64,000 nt of DNA from assembly GCA_903919535.1 (NCBI GenBank), contig CAIXIP010000008.1, positions 952-64,951 of the forward strand, written 5' to 3'. Both the position numbers and the translations under genes were made by a program. Source of the stretch: an uncultured Bacteroidota bacterium. GTDB taxonomy: Bacteria > Bacteroidota > Bacteroidia > 2-12-FULL-35-15. The notes below the pieces were generated by a model. The model was given only the letters and a program-made list of their open reading frames with translations, did no database searches and was not told where the DNA came from. This document shows, piece after piece, positions 59,127-64,000 of this stretch (positions are counted from its first letter, which is position 1; each line of letters starts with the position of its first letter).

Positions 59127-61421
59127 TTAATGCTGAATAACAATTCTTTTCGTTAAAGCACCCGATTTTACTTTGCCTTCGGTTGCCAGCTCAACAACTT
59201 TAAAAACATAAATTCCTTGACTTAAATTTTCTGTGGAGATACCTAGTGAGCTGTTAAATATTTTTTGTGAAGAAATGATTTGCCCCATCACATTATATAT
59301 TTCCACCTGGAATCTACTGGTTGTATTATTTAAAATGTGAATTGTTACACTGTTGTCTGCCGGATTTGGAAATACTTCTAAATTCCAATGTATTGTATTG
59401 TCGTTGTTTTCTATAGTTTCGCTTAAACTCGATACTCCTTTATAAAATGCAGCTCCGCCTTGATAATTTCCGATCATAAAATCTAAATAGCCATCATTGT
59501 TGATATCTGTAGCTGTTGGTGAAGTATGTGCGCCTTCATAGATATTTAAATACGTTGAGTCAACTAATGTAAATGCTCCCGAAATGTTTCCATCAATATT
59601 ATCGAATAATCGCAAATAGCCATTTTCTGCGCCAACCAATAATTTTGTGACTCCAGCTTGTTTAAATAAGCACGGATAACTATATCCAGTGACGTATCCA
59701 TATTGGATCACTTTTACGTTTCCCCAAAAGTGTGAAACGGAATCCAAAACAGGAATTGTAGCGGTGGCACTTCCTGTGTGATGGTAAAATGCCAATTTCC
59801 CGCTGCGTCCTCCAATTACAATATCGTTTTTACCATCGTTGTCAACATCTATAATTTGTGGTGCGGCAAAATCTCCAACATCAATTGCACGATTACTCGA
59901 ATTTTTTAATGTAATAGGTGTTGTAACAAAACTTGCTGGAGCACCTGATAGGGCAGTGTTTTCATAATAAAATAATTTTCCGTCAAACATCCCGATAATC
60001 ATATCTCCATCACCATCTCCATCCATATCACCGAAAGCCGGTGCTAAATTTAATTTTCCTAGTGTGCTTAAATTATTGTAATCACGTGTTACTAAATCGA
60101 ATTTTGGATTGCTTGCTGTTCCTGTATTTTTAAACTGTGCTATTTTGCTTTGATAATTTGGTGAACCGTAATAGCCATAATTTCCAATGAATAGATCTTT
60201 TAATCCATCATTATCATAATCGAAAAATACAGGATAAGCACCCTCGCCAACATCAATTATATTGTCTTGTAGAAAATTTGATTGTTGAAATTGAAATACA
60301 GGAAAGTTTGTTGTGCCAGTGTTTTTGTAAAAAATTACACTATTAAAATTTTCAGAGCCGCTGGAGTTTGGACTTACAATCAAATCTTTTTTGCCATCGT
60401 TATTTACATCTAGATAATATGCGCAAGGAAATTGCGTAAGGTTAACTGCACTCGTACTTGAATTATTTGCCGGGAAAAGCGTGTCAACTGATATCATATT
60501 AGCAGAAGTTGGACTTCCTCCATTCATTACAGAAGTTAGATTATTATATGAAATCCCCCCTACAACAATATCTTTTGCTCCATCTCCATTTAGATCCATA
60601 CAAATTTCGCAGGAGCCTGAATGTCTGTCTGCTGAACGTTGGTCGCTATTAATTTCTATAATGCCTGGATTTGCAACATTACCAAAGCAAGTGTCATGTA
60701 ATGTGAATTTATTGTTTAGTGGGCTTTCGGCTGCATAACCCCAGCATCGGTTTTTCATCTGAAATTTTAAACTATCACAAGTGCCATATAATTCCATGCT
60801 CTGGTTTTGATGGTATTCCATAAATGTTCCTGTAATGGCAAATGTTACAACATCTAAATCGCCATCATTATCAATATCTGCAATTGATGGAATATCTACC
60901 GAACTGATGTATAAATTTATTAATCCACCTGCCGGAGGATTATAAATAGAGTATGTAAGCTGCTTTACTAAAGTAAATTGCAATCCTGTAGCTATGCTCG
61001 ATGTGTTTTTGTAAACATTGAATCCTCCACCGTAATCAGAATAGCTGAAAATGTCTTCTTTTCCATCACAATTATAATCACGAAGCAATGCCCAGTCATG
61101 TAGCTTTGGGAATTTGCTTTCGTATTTAGGGTCGTATTTGTAATCAACGGCATTTGCTGTGCCCGCATTTATATAAGTGCGTATCTTATTTCCCGTCCGA
61201 TCAAAAATAAAGAGATCTTTTATCCCATCTAAATTCAGGTCAATTTCAGATATCTGAATAAAATTCAATCCTCCTGCCCAAGGATTAAGAATAGTATTAC
61301 CGTTAATCTTTACAGGGATGCTGTCATTTTGCAAAAAAAAAGGCTGAGCAGACGCAATGTTTGTAAGAAACAAACAAACTAATAGTGCAGTAAAAGGGAT
61401 CTTTGATTTCAACATGATCAT
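59127..61421 (-). CDS. FG-GAP/VCBS-repeat (integrin-alpha-like propeller) protein with T9SS C-terminal sorting domain
   Basis: Eight D.(N/D).DG..D(I/L/V) calcium-binding repeats (NCDGKEDIF, DIDNDGDLDVV, DYDNDGLKDLFIG...). Signal peptide. C-terminal T9SS CTD (EVFPNPADNSVTIHIL...GIYVFKV). Confidence 0.75.
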   Translation of the reverse strand: MIMLKSKIPFTALLVCLFLTNIASAQPFFLQNDSIPVKINGNTILNPWAGGLNFIQISEIDLNLDGIKDLFIFDRTGNKIRTYINAGTANAVDYKYDPKYESKFPKLHDWALLRDYNCDGKEDIFSYSDYGGGFNVYKNTSSIATGLQFTLVKQLTYSIYNPPAGGLINLYISSVDIPSIADIDNDGDLDVVTFAITGTFMEYHQNQSMELYGTCDSLKFQMKNRCWGYAAESPLNNKFTLHDTCFGNVANPGIIEINSDQRSADRHSGSCEICMDLNGDGAKDIVVGGISYNNLTSVMNGGSPTSANMISVDTLFPANNSSTSAVNLTQFPCAYYLDVNNDGKKDLIVSPNSSGSENFNSVIFYKNTGTTNFPVFQFQQSNFLQDNIIDVGEGAYPVFFDYDNDGLKDLFIGNYGYYGSPNYQSKIAQFKNTGTASNPKFDLVTRDYNNLSTLGKLNLAPAFGDMDGDGDGDMIIGMFDGKLFYYENTALSGAPASFVTTPITLKNSSNRAIDVGDFAAPQIIDVDNDGKNDIVIGGRSGKLAFYHHTGSATATIPVLDSVSHFWGNVKVIQYGYVTGYSYPCLFKQAGVTKLLVGAENGYLRLFDNIDGNISGAFTLVDSTYLNIYEGAHTSPTATDINNDGYLDFMIGNYQGGAAFYKGVSSLSETIENNDNTIHWNLEVFPNPADNSVTIHILNNTTSRFQVEIYNVMGQIISSQKIFNSSLGISTENLSQGIYVFKVVELATEGKVKSGALTKRIVIQH

Positions 61422-61545
61422 GATTGAAAAACAAAGATAAGAAAAACAAAATGAGGATTTACTCCTGTTCCTTGATTTAGCTCTACTTAATAAAGTAAAA
61501 TTGCCTGTAAATTATTATAAAATTGGTAAATAATAATTGTTATTC

Positions 61546-61553
61546 TATATTTG
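61546..61553 (+). promoter_or_regulatory. Bacteroidetes -7 box (TATATTTG) upstream of secDF
   Basis: TAnnTTTG match ~100 nt before the ATG at 61653. Confidence 0.3.
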
Positions 61554-61652
61554 CACCCTTATTTTGAAAAAATAAATAATTTTCGCTTTTCTGTTTGATC
61601 ACTATTTACAGACTAGCAACCATAAATAAACTATAATTTAATTATTACCATT

Positions 61653-64000
61653 ATGCAAAACAAAGGCGTTATAAGGCTATTTGCGATTTTATTATCACTT
61701 GCCTGTGCTTATTATTTAATGTTTACTTGGGTAGCAAACCGCATTATGAATGATGCAAATGCATATTCCCAAAGCTACATCGAAACAGCTCAAGTGCAAG
61801 ATGCAGCAAAAAAAGTATCTTCTAACCCCACAGAACAAAAACCTTATTTGGATTCTGTTCGCTCGGCTAAAAAGAACTTTTATTTGGATTCCATCAAAAA
61901 GAAGCCTGTGTATAACATGTTTATCACTTCTTATACATACGAGGAGGTTAGTAGCCGACAATTAAATCTCGGACTCGATCTTAAAGGTGGTATGAACGTA
62001 ACTCTTGAAGTTTCTGTTGCAGACATCATTCGCTCTTTGTCAAACAATAGCAATGATCCTACATTTAATCAGGCTTTGGTAAAAGCGGTTGAAAGACAAA
62101 AAACAGATGCAAAAGATTTTGTTACCCTTTTCGGTGAAGAATTCAAAAAAATTAATTCTGCTGCTCGATTAGCAATCAATTTTCAAACAATTGAATTAAA
62201 AGGTAAGATTGATTTTAATACTTCGGATGAAGATGTGTTGAACTTTTTACGTGATCGCGTAAAAGATGCGATTGAAACATCTGAAAATACCCTTCGTTCT
62301 CGTATTGATAAATTTGGAGTAACTCAACCAAATATTCAGCTTTTAGCAACTTCTGGTCGTATTCTAATAGAATTACCGGGTGTTACTGATAAAAGACGTG
62401 TTGAGAAATTATTGCAAGGAACAGCTAATCTTGAGTTCTGGGAAACTTTAGATAACAAAGATGTTTATCCTTTGCTTGAAAAAGCTAATACTCGTTTGAA
62501 AGAAATATTATCTCCTGCTGATACAGCAAAGCCTGTTGCTATTGATTCTTCTAAAGCTAAGGAAGCAGTAAAAACGGAAACTGCAAAAGTTAAACCTGAT
62601 TCATCAAAATCTTTATTGAATCAATTAAATGGCAAGGCTGATTCTGCAAAAGCTGGTGATCAACTTACTAAATTAAGCACTAAGGCTGATACTCTTGCCA
62701 AAATGCGTAAGGAAAATCCCTTATTCGCAGTTTTGAGTCCTGCAATTGGTCGTGATGACAAAGGTCAAGGAGTTTTGGGTAATGGACCTGTTGTTGGTTA
62801 TGCTGCAATTACAGACACTTCATTGGTTAACACCTATTTGAATTTGTCGAAGATCAAATCCATTTTTAAGCCATACACAAGATTTTTATGGACTTTCAAA
62901 CCATTTGATAAAGAGGAAACTACATTGCAACTTATTGCAATTGATGGGTCAAGTAACAGAGGCAAATCTCCATTATCAGGTGATGTAATTACAGATGCCC
63001 GTAAAGTATTTGAACAAGCAGGTTCTGGTTCTCCTCAAATTTCTATGAGTATGACTGCTGATGCAGCAAATACCTGGAAACATTTAACTCATGATAATAT
63101 TGGCAAATCTGTTGCTATTGTTTTAGATAACAGTGTATATTCATTCCCAACTGTTCAAGGTGAAATTGCTGGTGGTACTTCTTCCATTACAGGTAACTTT
63201 ACTATCAATGAGGCGGATGACTTAGTAAACATTTTAAAAGCTGGTAAATTACCTGCTCCTGCTCGTATTGTTGAAGAAAGCGTTGTTGGACCAACTTTAG
63301 GTGCTGAAGCGATTAGTAAGGGTTTTATGTCAACTCTTATAGCATTGGCACTGGTTCTGATTTTTATGGGATTATATTATAGCAAAGCAGGTTGGGTTGC
63401 TGATTTTGCGATGATCATCAATAACTTTTTTGTTGTTGGTATTTTAGCCTCTTTTCAGGCAGTATTAACTTTGCCCGGTATTGCTGGTATCGTATTGACC
63501 ATTGCCATGTCAGTAGATGCGAACATCCTTATTTTTGAGCGTGTACGAGAAGAGTTGAATTTAGGAAAAGGTACAGCATTGGCAATTAAAGAAGGATATC
63601 ACAATGCAATGTCATCTGTTATTGACTCCCACATTACTGGTTTATTACTTGGAATCATATTGTATGTGTTTGGAACAGGACCAATTCAGGGTTTCGCTAC
63701 AACATTGATTATCGGTATTATTTCATCTTTATTCTGTGCGATCTTTATCACACGTTTAGTTTTTGATCGTTGGTTAAGCAAGAACAAAGAAATTACATTC
63801 GGAAATAAATATACAGAACACGCATTTAAAAACTTCAAAATTGACTTTGTTAGCAAACGTAAATATTATTTCATCTTTTCAGGATTAATAATTGCTGCGG
63901 GTGTTTTTGCATATGTTAAAAAAGGAGGATTTAGTTTAGGTGTTGATTTTAAGGGCGGTCGTTCTTACGTTGTGCGTTTTGATGAAGCAAAACCAACTGA
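61653..64000 (+). CDS. secDF: Fused protein-export membrane protein SecD/SecF. Partial: it continues past the window end.
   Basis: GLDLKGGMNVTLEV..., ELPGVTDKRRVEKLL and VVGPTLGAEAISKG with the TM bundle are SecD. From ~63800, FKNFKIDFVSKRKYYF...GVDFKGGRSY is the SecF N-terminus. No stop before 64000. Confidence 0.88.
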   Translation, partial: MQNKGVIRLFAILLSLACAYYLMFTWVANRIMNDANAYSQSYIETAQVQDAAKKVSSNPTEQKPYLDSVRSAKKNFYLDSIKKKPVYNMFITSYTYEEVSSRQLNLGLDLKGGMNVTLEVSVADIIRSLSNNSNDPTFNQALVKAVERQKTDAKDFVTLFGEEFKKINSAARLAINFQTIELKGKIDFNTSDEDVLNFLRDRVKDAIETSENTLRSRIDKFGVTQPNIQLLATSGRILIELPGVTDKRRVEKLLQGTANLEFWETLDNKDVYPLLEKANTRLKEILSPADTAKPVAIDSSKAKEAVKTETAKVKPDSSKSLLNQLNGKADSAKAGDQLTKLSTKADTLAKMRKENPLFAVLSPAIGRDDKGQGVLGNGPVVGYAAITDTSLVNTYLNLSKIKSIFKPYTRFLWTFKPFDKEETTLQLIAIDGSSNRGKSPLSGDVITDARKVFEQAGSGSPQISMSMTADAANTWKHLTHDNIGKSVAIVLDNSVYSFPTVQGEIAGGTSSITGNFTINEADDLVNILKAGKLPAPARIVEESVVGPTLGAEAISKGFMSTLIALALVLIFMGLYYSKAGWVADFAMIINNFFVVGILASFQAVLTLPGIAGIVLTIAMSVDANILIFERVREELNLGKGTALAIKEGYHNAMSSVIDSHITGLLLGIILYVFGTGPIQGFATTLIIGIISSLFCAIFITRLVFDRWLSKNKEITFGNKYTEHAFKNFKIDFVSKRKYYFIFSGLIIAAGVFAYVKKGGFSLGVDFKGGRSYVVRFDEAKPT

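Noticed and set aside
1-64000. Mobile elements, tRNA/rRNA and CRISPR
   Set aside because: No transposase, integrase or recombinase-like ORFs. No tRNA-like T-arm motifs or cloverleaf candidates found by eye. No spacer-repeat arrays. Absence is asserted only at the resolution of manual inspection.

Overview
This 64-kb window is an AT-rich chromosomal segment with Bacteroidota-type gene content: T9SS C-terminal sorting domains, a gldE-gldD-like pair next to ssb, TAnnTTTG -7 promoter boxes and a fused secDF. Most of it is ordinary housekeeping. That includes serS, rpmA, rplU, ssb, rsmA/ksgA, hemL, gcvP, fumC, prfB with its programmed +1 frameshift, recX, feoAB, the N-terminal part of secDF, a kynurenine-pathway pair and an Mla-like ABC pair. 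I found no transposase, integrase, CRISPR array, rRNA or tRNA.

The non-routine content is:
- An ECF sigma factor translationally coupled to a single-pass membrane protein whose periplasmic part is a tandem duplication of FGE-sulfatase (GldJ/SUMF1-like) domains, followed by a signal-peptide methyltransferase-like protein. This is the best candidate here for an undescribed signalling module.
- A seven-gene cluster (MoxR AAA+ / DUF58 / DUF4350-like / DUF4129 / polytopic membrane protein / SpoIIM-like / RDD) of unknown function.
- An orphan Hjc/YraN-like PD-(D/E)xK nuclease in a particularly AT-rich pocket beside serS.
- Two tandem paralogous T9SS cargo proteins of no recognisable family.
- A second ECF sigma/anti-sigma pair sitting next to a barrel-less TonB-plug protein.
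- An unlisted 52-aa lipoprotein ORF upstream of feoAB.
- A 1107-aa outer-membrane protein that looks like a beta-propeller fused to an Omp85-type barrel.

All calls rest on reading motifs in the supplied translations and DNA. No database searches were run. Family names are from memory of the hallmark motifs quoted in each evidence field.
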